This document shows, piece by piece, positions 1 through 10,067 of a DNA stretch of 24,000 nucleotides. The DNA lies in contig NZ_AUCR01000010.1 in the NCBI RefSeq assembly GCF_000429865.1, positions 111,166-135,165 on the forward strand, in the 5' to 3' direction. The number at the start of each line of letters is the position of its first letter. Within the stretch, counting starts at the first letter, position 1. The notes beneath the pieces were generated by a model, which made no database searches, had not been told where the DNA came from, and was given only the letters and a program-made list of their open reading frames with translations. Both the position numbers and the translations under genes were made by a program. The stretch is from Cucumibacter marinus DSM 18995. Its GTDB lineage: Bacteria; Pseudomonadota; Alphaproteobacteria; Rhizobiales; Devosiaceae.

Positions 1-189
1 CCGGCACGCCGTCATCTTCCGCTTCGCCATGCAGTTGCTCGGCGCTGACATGGCGGTGTCCACCGCCGAACAACAGTTCGGCCAGCGCCACGCGCTGCTT
101 GGTCGGGCGCAACCCGGCCATCCGCAGCACCGCCGTCAAACAGGGGCGACGCGAAGGCGGAAACCGGTTCAGCCGGTCGGAAATGCTCA
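1..189 (-). CDS. irr: Fur-family transcriptional regulator, Irr-like; N-terminal 63 codons only, gene continues past the left edge
   Basis: Absent from the ORF track because it is open at the window edge. Reverse complement of 1..189 reads MSISDRLNRFPPSRRPCLTAVLRMAGLRPTKQRVALAELLFGGGHRHVSAEQLHGEAEDDGVP. The LRxAGLRPTxQRxAL...HxSAExLH block is the Fur-family DNA-binding N-terminus. Divergent placement next to fabA-fabB is typical of irr in alphaproteobacteria. Confidence 0.7.
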
Positions 190-283
190 TCGGGCCGGTC
201 TTGCTGGCCGGGCCGGATCTTGTCGGCGATTTGGAGCGCTCAGTCACGAATTGCGATTCTGGTCCAGAAGTGGGTTTGGTCAG

Positions 284-312
284 ACTATAGTGTGCCCTTG
301 AGGCCTGCTCAA
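284..312 (-). promoter_or_regulatory. Candidate sigma70-type promoter for irr
   Basis: On the minus strand: TTGAGC (312..307), 17-nt spacer (306..290), TATAGT (289..284), about 95 nt upstream of the irr ATG at 189. The imperfect palindrome GAATTGCGATTC (248..259) lies just downstream and could be an operator. Confidence 0.35.
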
Positions 313-441
313 GCGATGGACTGCGACATAGTAACCGGGATTTGCCCGGTTTTGCAGGTGGTCTGCGCTGTTGACACAGCTGTGAAGGCTTTGTCCAGTG
401 GTGTGTGACGCTCACAACGAGGCAAGAGCGAAGACATGCGT

Positions 442-474
442 GAAGGCTTGGCGGTCTGCGAAGGCTTGGCGGTC
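442..474. repeat. Two perfect 15-nt direct repeats GAAGGCTTGGCGGTC with an 18-bp period, upstream of fabA
   Basis: Copies at 442..456 and 460..474. The flanking TGCG is also repeated (437..440 and 457..460). They lie 58-90 nt upstream of the fabA ATG. Confidence 0.8.
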
Positions 475-531
475 CATCACAAAAGGTGTTATTGACCCGC
501 GCACTTGCCGCGCATCCACCCGCGAGGACCA

Positions 532-1059
532 ATGACGGAAACCCACCAGCGCCCGGCCGACAGGCTGCACTCCTACTCCTACGAGCAGCTTCTCGAAAGC
601 GGGCACGGCACATTGTTCGGCAAGGGTTATGCCCAGCTGCCGCTCCCGCCGATGCTGATGTTCGACCGCATCACCGAAATCCACGACGAAGGCGGCCCTT
701 ACAACAAGGGCTATGTGCGCGCCGAACTCGATGTGAACCCCGATCTGTGGTTCTTCAAGTGTCATTTTGAGGGCGACCCGGTGATGCCGGGCTGTCTGGG
801 GCTTGACGCGCTGTGGCAGATGACGGGATTCTTCCTGTGCTGGTCCGGCTCGCCCGGCGCCGGCCGTGCCCTTGGCGGGGACATCAAGTTCACCGGTCAG
901 ATCACCAATGACGTCAAGCGCGTCGAATACGGGATCGATCTGAAACGGGTCATGCGTGCCCGCCTGGTGCTCGGCATCGCTGATGGTTGGGTCAAGGCCG
1001 ACGGAGAAACCGTCTATGAAGCGCATGGATTGCGGGTTGGCCTGTTCACCGATGTGTAA
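532..1059 (+). CDS. fabA: 3-hydroxydecanoyl-ACP dehydratase / trans-2-decenoyl-ACP isomerase FabA
   Basis: ORF 505..1059. Hot-dog fold FabA signature [24 protein letters not shown] prefer ATG 532 (MTETHQ...), preceded by GAGGA at 524..528, over the TTG at 505. Confidence 0.93.
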   Translation: MTETHQRPADRLHSYSYEQLLESGHGTLFGKGYAQLPLPPMLMFDRITEIHDEGGPYNKGYVRAELDVNPDLWFFKCHFEGDPVMPGCLGLDALWQMTGFFLCWSGSPGAGRALGGDIKFTGQITNDVKRVEYGIDLKRVMRARLVLGIADGWVKADGETVYEAHGLRVGLFTDV

Positions 1060-1116
1060 TGCCGGCACAGGCGGACACGTTTTGAGTTCACGATATAACC
1101 GAACAAGGGGCGCCAT

Positions 1117-2340
1117 ATGAGACGCGCTGTCGTTACGGGTATGGGCATCGTTTCCTCGATCGGCAATACGGTCGACGAGGTCACCGAAAGCCTCAAAAAC
1201 GCTAAATCGGGCATATCCTTTGCCCCCGAATATGCCGAGCTCGGCTTCCGCTGCCAGGTGCACGGCAAACCCGATCTCGACCCCTTCGAGGGCATAGATC
1301 GCCGCGCGGTGCGGTTCATGGGGCCGGGTACCGCCTGGAACTACACCGCCATGGAACAGGCGATTGCCGATTCGGGACTCGAGGAAAAAGACATCAAGAA
1401 CCCGCGCACCGGGATCGTGATGGGCTCGGGCGGCCCCTCGACCTCGGCGATCGTGGCCGCGGCCGACATCACCCGCGAAAAAGGCCCCAAGCGCATCGGT
1501 CCCTTTGCGGTGCCCAAGGCCATGTGCTCGACTGCCTCGGCGACCCTGGCCACCCATTACGGCATTCTGGGCGTCAACTATTCCATCTCCTCGGCCTGTG
1601 CGACCTCGGTCCACTGCATCGGCAATGCCTATGAGCAGATCCAGCTCGGCAAGCAGGATGTGGTTTTCGCAGGCGGCTCGGAAGAGCTCGACTGGACCCT
1701 GTCGAACCTGTTCGACGCCATGGGCGCCATGTCGACCAAATATAACGACACCCCCGACACGGCCTCGCGCGCCTATGACGCCACCCGCGACGGTTTCGTG
1801 ATCGCCGGCGGTGCCGGGGTTCTGGTGGTCGAGGAACTCGAACACGCCAAGGCCCGCGGCGCCACCATCTATGCCGAGATCATCGGCTATGGTGCCACCT
1901 CCGATGGCTATGACATGGTCGCCCCCTCGGGCGAAGGCGCCGCGCGCTGCATGCGCCAGGCCCTCGACACCGTGTCGATGCCCATCGACTATGTGAATCC
2001 GCATGCGACTTCGACCCCCGTCGGCGACCGGGCCGAGATCCAGGCGTTGCGCGAGGTCTTCGGCAATGAGGACAAATGCCCGCCGCTTTCGGCCACCAAG
2101 TCCCTCACCGGACATTCGCTGGGCGCGACCGGGGTGCAAGAATCGATCTATTCGATCCTGATGATGCGCAACCGTTTCATGTGCGAAAGCGCGCATATCA
2201 CCGAGATCGATCCCGATTTCGCCGATATGCCGATCCTGCGTGAACGCCGGGACGATGTGGATCTCGGAGCGGTGCTGACGAACTCCTTCGGCTTTGGCGG
2301 CACCAATGCGACCCTGGTGTTCAAGAACCCCGACGCCTGA
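1117..2340 (+). CDS. fabB: Beta-ketoacyl-ACP synthase I FabB
   Basis: 407 aa starting [17 protein letters not shown]. Active-site Cys context SISSACATS, His motifs NPHATSTP and GHSLGATG, C-terminal [23 protein letters not shown] upstream; sits directly after fabA. Confidence 0.93.
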   Translation: MRRAVVTGMGIVSSIGNTVDEVTESLKNAKSGISFAPEYAELGFRCQVHGKPDLDPFEGIDRRAVRFMGPGTAWNYTAMEQAIADSGLEEKDIKNPRTGIVMGSGGPSTSAIVAAADITREKGPKRIGPFAVPKAMCSTASATLATHYGILGVNYSISSACATSVHCIGNAYEQIQLGKQDVVFAGGSEELDWTLSNLFDAMGAMSTKYNDTPDTASRAYDATRDGFVIAGGAGVLVVEELEHAKARGATIYAEIIGYGATSDGYDMVAPSGEGAARCMRQALDTVSMPIDYVNPHATSTPVGDRAEIQALREVFGNEDKCPPLSATKSLTGHSLGATGVQESIYSILMMRNRFMCESAHITEIDPDFADMPILRERRDDVDLGAVLTNSFGFGGTNATLVFKNPDA

Positions 2341-2455
2341 GCCCGGAAAGCATGCCCTCGGGCTTGACCCGGGGGTGGATACCGGTTTCCGGAAAAGCTC
2401 AGGCGAAAAAGAGTTCTGAGCCCGGAAATCTTGTCCCCGGGCATGACTGGGGACG

Positions 2456-3205
2456 TTAGCCTTTGCGGGCGTAGCGAAACTCGGAGAACCGGGCCGACAG
2501 CCCGTCATAGACCATGAGCCGGCCAAACAGTGGTTCGCCCGTGCCGGTGATGAGCTTGATCGCCTCCATCGCCATCAGCGTGCCGATCACACCCGCGACC
2601 GGACCGAGCACGCCGACCTCTTCGCAGGCCGGCAGGCTGTCGGGCGAGGGGGTCTCGGGGTAAAGGTCCGTGAAACGCGGCAAGAGTCTGCCCTGAGCAT
2701 CGGTCGAGTATGGGGCCAGGACGGTCAGCGTGCCGTCATAAAGCGTGATGGCGCCCGAGATCAGCGGGACCTTCAACGTCTCACAGGCCTGGGCCACCGC
2801 CTCACGGGTCTCGAAACTGTCCGAACCATCGAGCACCAGGTCGACACGGCCCAGCAGCGCTTGCGCATTGGACCGATCGAGCCGCTTCGTAACCGGCTCG
2901 ACCTCGACATGGTCATTGAGGTCGCTGGCAAAACGAGCGCCTGATTCGGCCTTGCCTGTGCCGGTGTCCCGGCTGCGGTGGATCACCTGCCGCTGAAGAT
3001 TGGAGAGACTGACCGTGTCATCGTCGATCAGCCGGATATGCCCGATCCCGGCGGCGGTGAGGTAGGCTAGCGCCGGACTGCCGAGCCCGCCCGCGCCGAC
3101 AAGCGCGATGCGCGCGGATCTGAGCTTTTGCTGGCCGGCCCCGCCTATGCCCTTGAGGACGATATGGCGGGCATAGCGCCGGGTTTCCTCTGTCGAGAGG
3201 GCCAT
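2456..3205 (-). CDS. HesA/MoeB/ThiF-family adenylyltransferase (MoeB-like)
   Basis: 249 aa with RYARHIVL...GxxGQxKL, nucleotide loop VGAGGLGSP and SNLQRQ motif. Its start (3203..3205) overlaps the upstream gene's stop (3205..3207) by 1 nt. Confidence 0.85.
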   Translation of the reverse strand: MALSTEETRRYARHIVLKGIGGAGQQKLRSARIALVGAGGLGSPALAYLTAAGIGHIRLIDDDTVSLSNLQRQVIHRSRDTGTGKAESGARFASDLNDHVEVEPVTKRLDRSNAQALLGRVDLVLDGSDSFETREAVAQACETLKVPLISGAITLYDGTLTVLAPYSTDAQGRLLPRFTDLYPETPSPDSLPACEEVGVLGPVAGVIGTLMAMEAIKLITGTGEPLFGRLMVYDGLSARFSEFRYARKG

Positions 3206-3942
3206 CAGTCTTCAGCAAATACCGCGCCCAGAGGCACGGCAATGAACCGCCGGTCGACCCCCTCGAAACCGAAGGCATAGACCGAGACGATGGCGACGCC
3301 ATGGGCAAGGTCATAATTCTCGAATGGCACCAGGACCGCGTAGGGTCGGTAATCGCGTACGCAGCCGCGCGATTTGGGCACGCTGGCGTCGCGGCTCACT
3401 TCGAGATCGCCTTGCCCGTCATCGATCAGAAGTGCGAAGCCCTTGGGCAGTTCGCCAAGAATGTCCTCACAGAACTCTGCTCCCGGGGCCGGGAAGATCT
3501 CGAGAGAAATCTGGTAGTCACCATGCATGGCGCCCGGTGAGGAAAATGTCGGCACGCCGAAATCGAGCGTCATCTCGTTGACTTCGGGTTCCCCATCGCC
3601 ATTCATCGCAATCGTGAAGGCGGGGCGCACGATCCCGCGCGCATCGAGCGCATCGGCGGCCTTGTCCCGGTTCTCGGTGCGGATGACATGCAGCGGCGTT
3701 TCCCATTCCTCTTCGCTGGCCTGGGTACGGAAAGGGCCGTCGGCCCAGATATCCAGTTTCAGATCGATCACATAGATCGAGGAATAGGGCGAGCCGGTGC
3801 CGTCCTGGGTTCCGAATTCCTCGAAGGCGAAATAGCGCCCGTCATCGGAATAGCCCAGCGCCTCGAACAGCGCGCGCTCGGCGGCGAAGGCCTGGGATGT
3901 GGCAAGGACGAAAGCAAGAAGGCCGGTGATCAAGCGGAGCAT
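3205..3942 (-). CDS. Secreted hypothetical protein (possibly DUF2259 family)
   Basis: 245 aa. N-terminal signal peptide MLRLITGLLAFVLATSQAFA|AE. High third-position GC and translational coupling to the downstream gene. The family name is from memory and unverified. Confidence 0.7.
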   Translation of the reverse strand: MLRLITGLLAFVLATSQAFAAERALFEALGYSDDGRYFAFEEFGTQDGTGSPYSSIYVIDLKLDIWADGPFRTQASEEEWETPLHVIRTENRDKAADALDARGIVRPAFTIAMNGDGEPEVNEMTLDFGVPTFSSPGAMHGDYQISLEIFPAPGAEFCEDILGELPKGFALLIDDGQGDLEVSRDASVPKSRGCVRDYRPYAVLVPFENYDLAHGVAIVSVYAFGFEGVDRRFIAVPLGAVFAED

Positions 3943-3962
3943 GTTTGAGTACCTTCAATGGA

Positions 3963-4415
3963 TTAGACGCCAGTCGAGCCAAACCCGCCCGCGCCGCGCG
4001 CCGTGTCTTCAAGATCTGTGACCGGCGATAGTGTCACCGCCATGACCGGGGCGATCACCATCTGTGCAATGCGCTCGCCACGCTGGACGGTGAATGGCGC
4101 CGCGCCGTGATTGATCAGGATCACCTTGATCTCGCCGCGATAATCCGCGTCGATCGTTCCGGGTGAATTGAGTACCGTCACCCCGTGCTTGGCGGCGAGC
4201 CCGGAGCGGGGCCGCACCTGCGCTTCATAACCCTCGGGCAGGGCAATCGCGATCCCTGTGGGGATGAGCGCGTAACCGCCCGGCTGCAGGGTAAGCGGAG
4301 TGTCTTCGCCCACCGCGGCCCGCAGGTCGAGCCCGGCAGCGCCGCTCGAAGCCTGTGCGGGCGGGGTGAGGCCCCGCCCGTGTTCAAGCGTGATGAAGGG
4401 GACCGTCAGACCCAT
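3963..4415 (-). CDS. dut: dUTP diphosphatase
   Basis: 150 aa with dUTPase motifs [29 protein letters not shown] and C-terminal [10 protein letters not shown]. Confidence 0.93.
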   Translation of the reverse strand: MGLTVPFITLEHGRGLTPPAQASSGAAGLDLRAAVGEDTPLTLQPGGYALIPTGIAIALPEGYEAQVRPRSGLAAKHGVTVLNSPGTIDADYRGEIKVILINHGAAPFTVQRGERIAQMVIAPVMAVTLSPVTDLEDTARGAGGFGSTGV

Positions 4416-4436
4416 TCTTGCGATCCCCTTGTCGCG

Positions 4437-5021
4437 TTAAGGAAGCTGGATGACAGCGTAGGCGTCTTCCGGCACATCGACTTCGCCATTCATCATGTCG
4501 ACGAACGGAATGGTCAGCGTGGCCCGGGATCCGTCCTCGGAAAGCTCCATATTGGTCTCGAGGATTTCCCCACCCGAAACCGAGATTGACAGGTTCTTGC
4601 CTTCGAACATCGAGGCCATCATCGCCTGCATCTGGGGGTCGTCGCCGGCGTCTTCACCCATCGAGGCGGCCAGGTCGCCGGTTGGGAAGTTGACGCGGAC
4701 CTTGCCGCCGCCCAGGTCTTCGATGCTCGGGGTCTCTTCTTCAGGATCGCTCGATTCGAAGATCTCGGCGAAGGTGCCTTCCTTCACATCGACGCACTGG
4801 ACGTTGTCTTCATTCTCAACGATTTCGCCCTCGTCGCAGAAATCGCTGTCATCCTGGGACGAGATCATCTGGTAGGTCTGGGAATCGACCGTCATGGTCA
4901 TGGTCGCCTTGCCGGTCTCCGCCGTCAGGATCTCGATATCCATGTCGACATCCATACAGGCCGCAAGTGTGCCGGCCAGGAGCGTGATCCCGGCGAGCCG
5001 GGCGAGATGTGAGAATTTCAT
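4437..5021 (-). CDS. Acidic lipoprotein of unknown function
   Basis: 194 aa. Lipobox LLAGTLAAC after a basic N-terminus (MKFSHLARLAGITL). The mature part is very Asp/Glu rich. GAAGAGGA RBS upstream. Confidence 0.7.
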   Translation of the reverse strand: MKFSHLARLAGITLLAGTLAACMDVDMDIEILTAETGKATMTMTVDSQTYQMISSQDDSDFCDEGEIVENEDNVQCVDVKEGTFAEIFESSDPEEETPSIEDLGGGKVRVNFPTGDLAASMGEDAGDDPQMQAMMASMFEGKNLSISVSGGEILETNMELSEDGSRATLTIPFVDMMNGEVDVPEDAYAVIQLP

Positions 5022-5039
5022 CGGTTGCAGTCCTCTTCT

Positions 5040-6254
5040 CTAGCGCCCGAAATGGCTCGCTATTCTGGCCGCAAGTCTATGGCCGACCTTCGATTTCGGC
5101 AAGCTCGGCCAGGGCTCCGCGCCGCTTTCGGTTAAGAGAATCACACTGTTCTCGGGCCCGCCAAAGGTGCCGCTTTGCGCGCTCACATCATTGGCAAGGA
5201 TCCAGTCGCACCCCTTGGTTTTCCGCTTGCGGGCGGCATTGGCTTCAAGATTCTCGGTCTCTGCGGCAAACCCGATCACGAGGCGGGGCCGCTGATCGCC
5301 TTGGCTCAGCCCGGCCAGGATATCGGGATTGGCGGTGAGCTCGAGCGTCGGCGGGGTGCCATCGGGCGTCTTCTTGAGCTTCTGGTCATGGGCTTCGGCC
5401 ATGCGCCAGTCGGCGACCGCTGCCACGCAGACGGCAAAATCCGCAGGCAAGGCGTCTTGCACCGCCGCATCCATCTCCAGCGCCGTCTCGACCTCGATGA
5501 TTCGGCAGCCTGCGGGCCGCGGCGCCTTGGCGGGACCGGTGACGAACACGACCTCGGCCCCTTCGGCGATGAGAGCCTTGGCAATGGCCGTGCCCTGCCG
5601 GCCTGACGACTCGTTGGAGATATAGCGGACCGGATCAATCCATTCGCGGGTCGGCCCAGACGTCACCACGGCCTTGAGGCCCTTGAGCCGGCCCCGTGCG
5701 GCCTTGGCATCGAAATGCGCGGTAATCGCCTCAAGAATCGCCTGCGGTTCCGCCATGCGACCGGGGCCGAATTCGCCACAGGCCATATCGCCTTCATCCG
5801 GTCCCACAACATGCACGCCATCGGATCGCAGCTGCGCAACATTGCGCCGGGTCGCCGGGGCCTCCCACATGCGCACATTCATCGCAGGGGCGATCATAAT
5901 CTCGGTGTCGGTGGCGAGCACCGTGGTCGATGCCAGGTCGTCGGCATGGCCCTGCGCCATCTTGGCGAGAAAGTCGGCGCTTGCCGGTGCGACGACGATC
6001 AGGTCCGCCGAGCGCGACAACTCGATATGCCCGATCTCGGCCTCGCGGGTCAGGTCGAACAACTCGGTCAGCGCCGCGTGACCGGCCAGCGTGCCGATCG
6101 ACAAGGGGGTGACGAATTCGGTCGCGGCCCGGGTCAGGATGGGTTGCACGGTGCCGCCAGCCTTCTGGATCAGCCGGGTCAGCTCGAGCGCCTTGTAGGC
6201 GGCGATCCCGCCCGTCACGATCAAAAGCACATGCTTGCCCGCAATGCCTGTCAT
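5040..6254 (-). CDS. coaBC: Bifunctional phosphopantothenoylcysteine decarboxylase / phosphopantothenate-cysteine ligase
   Basis: 404 aa. N-terminal flavoprotein motif KHVLLIVTGGIAAYK, a PAMNxxMW-type block (APAMNVRMWE), and a C-terminal CoaB region with ISNESSGRQG. The ATG overlaps the ubiB stop by 4 nt (ATGA at 6251..6254). Confidence 0.92.
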   Translation of the reverse strand: MTGIAGKHVLLIVTGGIAAYKALELTRLIQKAGGTVQPILTRAATEFVTPLSIGTLAGHAALTELFDLTREAEIGHIELSRSADLIVVAPASADFLAKMAQGHADDLASTTVLATDTEIMIAPAMNVRMWEAPATRRNVAQLRSDGVHVVGPDEGDMACGEFGPGRMAEPQAILEAITAHFDAKAARGRLKGLKAVVTSGPTREWIDPVRYISNESSGRQGTAIAKALIAEGAEVVFVTGPAKAPRPAGCRIIEVETALEMDAAVQDALPADFAVCVAAVADWRMAEAHDQKLKKTPDGTPPTLELTANPDILAGLSQGDQRPRLVIGFAAETENLEANAARKRKTKGCDWILANDVSAQSGTFGGPENSVILLTESGAEPWPSLPKSKVGHRLAARIASHFGR

Positions 6255-7795
6255 GTCAGCACCGTCTTGAGTGCGGCCAGAAGCAATAGGACAAGTGTGA
6301 TAACGGTCAGCCCGGCGAACCAGCCACGCAGATAGACCGGCGGCGGCGCCCGGCGCTGGGCTTCGGCTTCTTCGAGCATGGCCTCGTAGCGCGAAATGAG
6401 CTGTGGCAGCTTGCGCGCCGCCTCGCCGACATCGCGCAGCGTGTCTGCGGCCTTCTCGATCATGCCGGCGGGCCCGAGCTGACGCCGCACCCAGGGGCCG
6501 ACCACGGGTTCCGCGGTGGTCCAGAAATCGACATTGGGGTCGATATGCCGGGCAACGCCTTCGACCAGCACCATGGTCTTTTGCAGAAGGACAAGCTCGG
6601 TGCGCGTCTTCATGTCGAACAGCTCGGTGACTTCGAAGAGCTGCGCCAGCACCCGTGCCATCGAGATCTCGCTTGCCTTGCGGCCATGCAGCGGCTCACC
6701 GATGGCCCTCAGCGCCTGGGCGAAATCCTCGACATCGTGGTGGTCGGGCACATAGCCGATATCGATGTGCAGTTGCGCGATGCGGCGATAGGAGCGGGTG
6801 ATGAAGCCGTAAAGCACTTCGGCGAGAAAGCGCTGCTCGGTCTTGCCGATCCGCCCCATGATCCCGAAATCCACCGCCCTGATGGTGCCTGTGCTCGCTT
6901 CGACGAACAGGTTCCCCGGATGCATGTCGGCGTGAAAGAATCCGTCCTCGATGGCATGGCGCAGGAAATGCTGCAGCAATTCGCGCGCCAGCTCCGGCCG
7001 GTCGATGGCCGCGGCATCGAGCGCGTCATTATCGCGGATCGGAATGCCGTCGAACCATTCGGTCACCAGCACATTGCGTGCCGTGTGCTGCCAAAAGGGT
7101 TTGGGCACGGCGAACCCGTCATGCCCTTCGATATTCTCGGCCATTTGCGACATCGCGGCGGCCTCGAGCCGGAGGTCCATTTCAAGCACGGCCGTGCGTT
7201 CGAGGGTCAGAGCGGTATCGACAGGCCGCAACCGCCGCGAGGGCTTGGAAAACCGTTCGGCCAGTTTGGCCAGCGTCATCACCGCCTCGAGGTCACGCCG
7301 GAACCGATCTTCGATGTCAGGCCGCAACAATTTGACCGCCACTGTGACGGATGCGCCATCGCCATTGACCAGCACCGCCTTGTGCACCTGGGCAATCGAG
7401 GCAGCGGCAATCGGCTCGGAAATCTCGGTGAGCTGAGCGGCAGCGGTTTCGCCCAGCGCCTTGTTGAGCATGCCGGGCACCAGTTTCGGGTCGAAGGGCG
7501 GCATCCGGTCCTGCAGGCCGCTAAGGTCTTCGGCGATGGCGGGCCCGACAATATCGGGCCGCGTGCCCAGCAATTGCCCCAGCTTCACATAAGTCGGTCC
7601 GAGCCGCTCAAGTGCTCGGGCGAGCCTTTCGACCCGACCGGTCTTTCTCACGCTGCGCCGTTCGATGAGGCGGGCAAAACCGATCATCCGGCGAGCGCCC
7701 GCCGGCAAATCCTGACCTTCGGTGATGGCGAATGCGCCTTCGCGGGCGAGCACATAGCCGGCCCTTGCGATGCGCCAGATGGCAGACAAACCCAC
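6251..7795 (-). CDS. ubiB: UbiB/ABC1-family ubiquinone biosynthesis kinase-like protein
   Basis: 514 aa with AAASIAQVHKA, HADMHPGNLF and DFGIMG motifs, plus a C-terminal hydrophobic segment. GTG start at 7795, 11 nt after the ubiE stop, with AAGGA overlapping that stop. Confidence 0.9.
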   Translation of the reverse strand: MGLSAIWRIARAGYVLAREGAFAITEGQDLPAGARRMIGFARLIERRSVRKTGRVERLARALERLGPTYVKLGQLLGTRPDIVGPAIAEDLSGLQDRMPPFDPKLVPGMLNKALGETAAAQLTEISEPIAAASIAQVHKAVLVNGDGASVTVAVKLLRPDIEDRFRRDLEAVMTLAKLAERFSKPSRRLRPVDTALTLERTAVLEMDLRLEAAAMSQMAENIEGHDGFAVPKPFWQHTARNVLVTEWFDGIPIRDNDALDAAAIDRPELARELLQHFLRHAIEDGFFHADMHPGNLFVEASTGTIRAVDFGIMGRIGKTEQRFLAEVLYGFITRSYRRIAQLHIDIGYVPDHHDVEDFAQALRAIGEPLHGRKASEISMARVLAQLFEVTELFDMKTRTELVLLQKTMVLVEGVARHIDPNVDFWTTAEPVVGPWVRRQLGPAGMIEKAADTLRDVGEAARKLPQLISRYEAMLEEAEAQRRAPPPVYLRGWFAGLTVITLVLLLLAALKTVLT

Positions 7796-7806
7796 GCCCA
7801 GCGTCC

Positions 7807-8568
7807 TTAGAGTTTCCAGCCCGCATGCAGCGCGGCGATGTTTCCCGACATGGGTGTATGCGTCACCCGCTTGAACCCGGCCTTCTCGATCATTGCGGTA
7901 AAGGCCGCGGGCTCAGGAAATTTGCGGATGCTCTCGACGAGATAGACATAGCTCTCCTTGTCGCCGGTCACCGTCTGGCCGATCCGCGGGATCACCTCAT
8001 CGGAAAAGACCTTGTAGACCTCATCGAGCACCGGCATGTCGGGCTTGGAAAACTCAAGGCAGAGGAACCGGCCTCCGCGCTTGAGAACCCGATGGGCTTC
8101 GGCGAGTGCCTTGTCGATGCGCGGCACGTTCCGGATCCCGAAGGCAATCGTATAGGCGTCGAAGCTTTCGTCTTCGAAAGGCAGTTCCTCGGCATTGGCC
8201 TCGACGAACTCGGCCCCTGCGCCGAAGCGCCACTCCTTTGCCCGCTCGCGCCCCACTGCCAGCATGCCCGAATTGATGTCGGACACCGTGACCTTGGCGA
8301 AGCCGTGCGAGGCGTTGAGGATGCGTTCGGCGATATCCCCGGTGCCGCCCGCCATATCGAGAACGCGGTATTCGCGCGAGCCGCTGCGGGGCGGCGCCAG
8401 CCGGGCGACCATGGCGTCTTTCCAGAGCCGGTGCACCATGCCGCTCATCAGATCGTTCATCAGATCATAGCGGTTTGCGACCGAGTGGAAGACCGCGTTG
8501 ACAAGGCCCTGCTTGTCCTCTAGCGCAACATCCTTGTTGCCGAAATGGGTGGTTTCAGTCTCTGTCAT
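7807..8568 (-). CDS. ubiE: Ubiquinone/menaquinone biosynthesis C-methyltransferase UbiE
   Basis: ORF 7807..8616. Motifs [19 protein letters not shown] and SAM-binding [11 protein letters not shown] prefer the internal ATG at 8568 ([10 protein letters not shown]...) over the arginine-rich extension from 8616. Confidence 0.9.
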   Translation of the reverse strand: MTETETTHFGNKDVALEDKQGLVNAVFHSVANRYDLMNDLMSGMVHRLWKDAMVARLAPPRSGSREYRVLDMAGGTGDIAERILNASHGFAKVTVSDINSGMLAVGRERAKEWRFGAGAEFVEANAEELPFEDESFDAYTIAFGIRNVPRIDKALAEAHRVLKRGGRFLCLEFSKPDMPVLDEVYKVFSDEVIPRIGQTVTGDKESYVYLVESIRKFPEPAAFTAMIEKAGFKRVTHTPMSGNIAALHAGWKL

Positions 8569-8702
8569 GGCGCCTTTATGGGGTGATTGCCGCCGGTTGG
8601 GCCGGCGCGCCGGCACCTTACTGCAAGCTGCAGTGCAAATCCATGCGCGCGGACTGCGGCAATTTCTGACCGGTAAACACGCGCATAAGGGAGCGCGATA
8701 CC

Positions 8703-9575
8703 ATGCCTGAGCTGCCCGAAGTGGAAACGGTACGCGCCGGTCTTACCCCCTTCCTCGAGGGGGCAGTGATCCGCGCGGTGACCCTCAATCGGCCCGATCT
8801 CAGATTCCCCTTTCCGCAGCATTTTGCCCATCGGCTCGAAGGTCAGACCATCGGCCTGCCGCGGCGACGTGCGAAATACCTTCTGTTCCCGCTCTCTTCA
8901 GGGGAGACCTGGCTGACTCATCTGGGCATGACGGGGAGTTTTTTGACTGCCGCCATCGATCTCGACATTGCCCGCTACCATCCGCCGGCAGGCGCCCACC
9001 GTCATGTCGAGATGGTCCTCGAACACCCGGCCCACGGCATGGTGTCCCTCGCCTATTCCGATCCGCGGCGCTTTGGCTATATGGATTTGTTGGATGATCC
9101 AGAGACCAGCCGGCATTTGAAGAACCTCGGCCCCGAGCCCTTGGGCAATGCGCTGTCCGCCCCCCATCTCGCCCTGCGTTTCGCCGGGCGCCGTACACCG
9201 ATCAAGGCAGCTCTTCTCGACCAGCGCCATATCGCCGGGCTCGGCAATATCTATGTCTGCGAGGCGCTTTGGCGGGCCGGCATCGATCCGCGGAGACAGG
9301 CACACACTCTTGTTACGAAGGCCGGCCAGCCGAGGTTGGCCCTTGAGCGGCTGGTCACCGCCATCCGCGAGGTGATCGGCGAGGCCATTGTCGCCGGCGG
9401 CTCGACGCTGCGCGACTTTCGTCATGCCGATGGGGAGCTTGGCTATTTCCAGCATTCCTTCTCGGTCTATGATCGAGAGGGGGAGCCCTGCCGGCGCGAA
9501 GGGTGCGGCGGTACCATCCGACGGATCGTGCAATCGGGCCGCTCGACCTTCTATTGCCCGCGCTGCCAGAAATGA
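8703..9575 (+). CDS. mutM: Formamidopyrimidine-DNA glycosylase
   Basis: 290 aa. Catalytic N-terminus MPELPEVE, H2TH region [15 protein letters not shown]-terminal zinc finger CRREGCGG...FYCPRCQ. AAGGGAG RBS upstream. Confidence 0.93.
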   Translation: MPELPEVETVRAGLTPFLEGAVIRAVTLNRPDLRFPFPQHFAHRLEGQTIGLPRRRAKYLLFPLSSGETWLTHLGMTGSFLTAAIDLDIARYHPPAGAHRHVEMVLEHPAHGMVSLAYSDPRRFGYMDLLDDPETSRHLKNLGPEPLGNALSAPHLALRFAGRRTPIKAALLDQRHIAGLGNIYVCEALWRAGIDPRRQAHTLVTKAGQPRLALERLVTAIREVIGEAIVAGGSTLRDFRHADGELGYFQHSFSVYDREGEPCRREGCGGTIRRIVQSGRSTFYCPRCQK

Positions 9576-9590
9576 GCGCGCATATTGCGG

Positions 9591-9619
9591 TTGACGCCTT
9601 GGGGACGCCCGACTATAAA
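9591..9619 (+). promoter_or_regulatory. Candidate sigma70 promoter for rpsT
   Basis: TTGACG (9591..9596), exact 17-nt spacer (9597..9613), TATAAA (9614..9619), about 100 nt upstream of the rpsT ATG. Confidence 0.55.
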
Positions 9620-9719
9620 GCGCGCCAGCTTTTGGGCGGCACCGGTGCCGCCGCTTTTGTTTGGGCCGAGCGCCCCGGGATCCACCCCGCGCCGCCCCTT
9701 CAGTGTCACGAGGACTAAG

Positions 9720-9986
9720 ATGGCCAACACACCTTCGGCGAAAAAGGCCGTTCGCAAGCTCCAGCGCCGTACCGACGTCAACAAGGCCCGTCGGTCGCGT
9801 ATGCGCACCTTTATCCGCCGCGTTGAAGAAGCGGTGGCCAAGGGTGATGCCGATGGCGCTCGCACAGCTTTCCTGGAAGCCCAGCCCGAGATCATGCGCG
9901 CTGCGACCAAGGGCGTGGTTCACAAGAACACCGCTGCCCGCAAGATCTCGCGCCTCAATCGCCGTCTGAAGACCATCAGCGCCTGA
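9720..9986 (+). CDS. rpsT: 30S ribosomal protein S20
   Basis: Internal ATG of ORF 9585..9986 at 9720, preceded by GAGGA (9711..9715). Product [38 protein letters not shown]... is a typical S20. Confidence 0.93.
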   Translation: MANTPSAKKAVRKLQRRTDVNKARRSRMRTFIRRVEEAVAKGDADGARTAFLEAQPEIMRAATKGVVHKNTAARKISRLNRRLKTISA

Positions 9987-10028
9987 GGGCCAGAACTTCA
10001 GTACGGGGGCAACAGCTCCAAGCGTTTC

Positions 10029-10067
10029 AATCCCCGCGCAGGCCGCCCGCCGCGCGGGGATTTTTGT
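10029..10067 (+). terminator. Rho-independent terminator after rpsT
   Basis: 11-bp stem AATCCCCGCGC (10029..10039) pairs with GCGCGGGGATT (10052..10062). T-run 10061..10065. Confidence 0.8.

Noticed and set aside
334-353. Terminator-like hairpin ACCGGG-ATTTG-CCCGGT followed by TTT, on the plus strand between irr and fabA
   Set aside because: The stem is only 6 bp and the U-run is short. No upstream plus-strand gene or promoter could be identified for it to terminate. It lies upstream of the candidate irr promoter and is probably incidental.
412-2526. 704-aa ORF on the minus strand spanning fabA and fabB
   Set aside because: It lies antisense to two genes with unmistakable FabA and FabB motifs. 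Its product is Arg/Gly/Ala-rich low complexity with no recognisable domain. This is a typical high-GC shadow ORF.
6545-7810. 421-aa plus-strand ORF antisense to ubiB
   Set aside because: Shadow ORF opposite a well-supported UbiB gene. No motifs, and the composition is typical of an antisense frame in GC-rich DNA.
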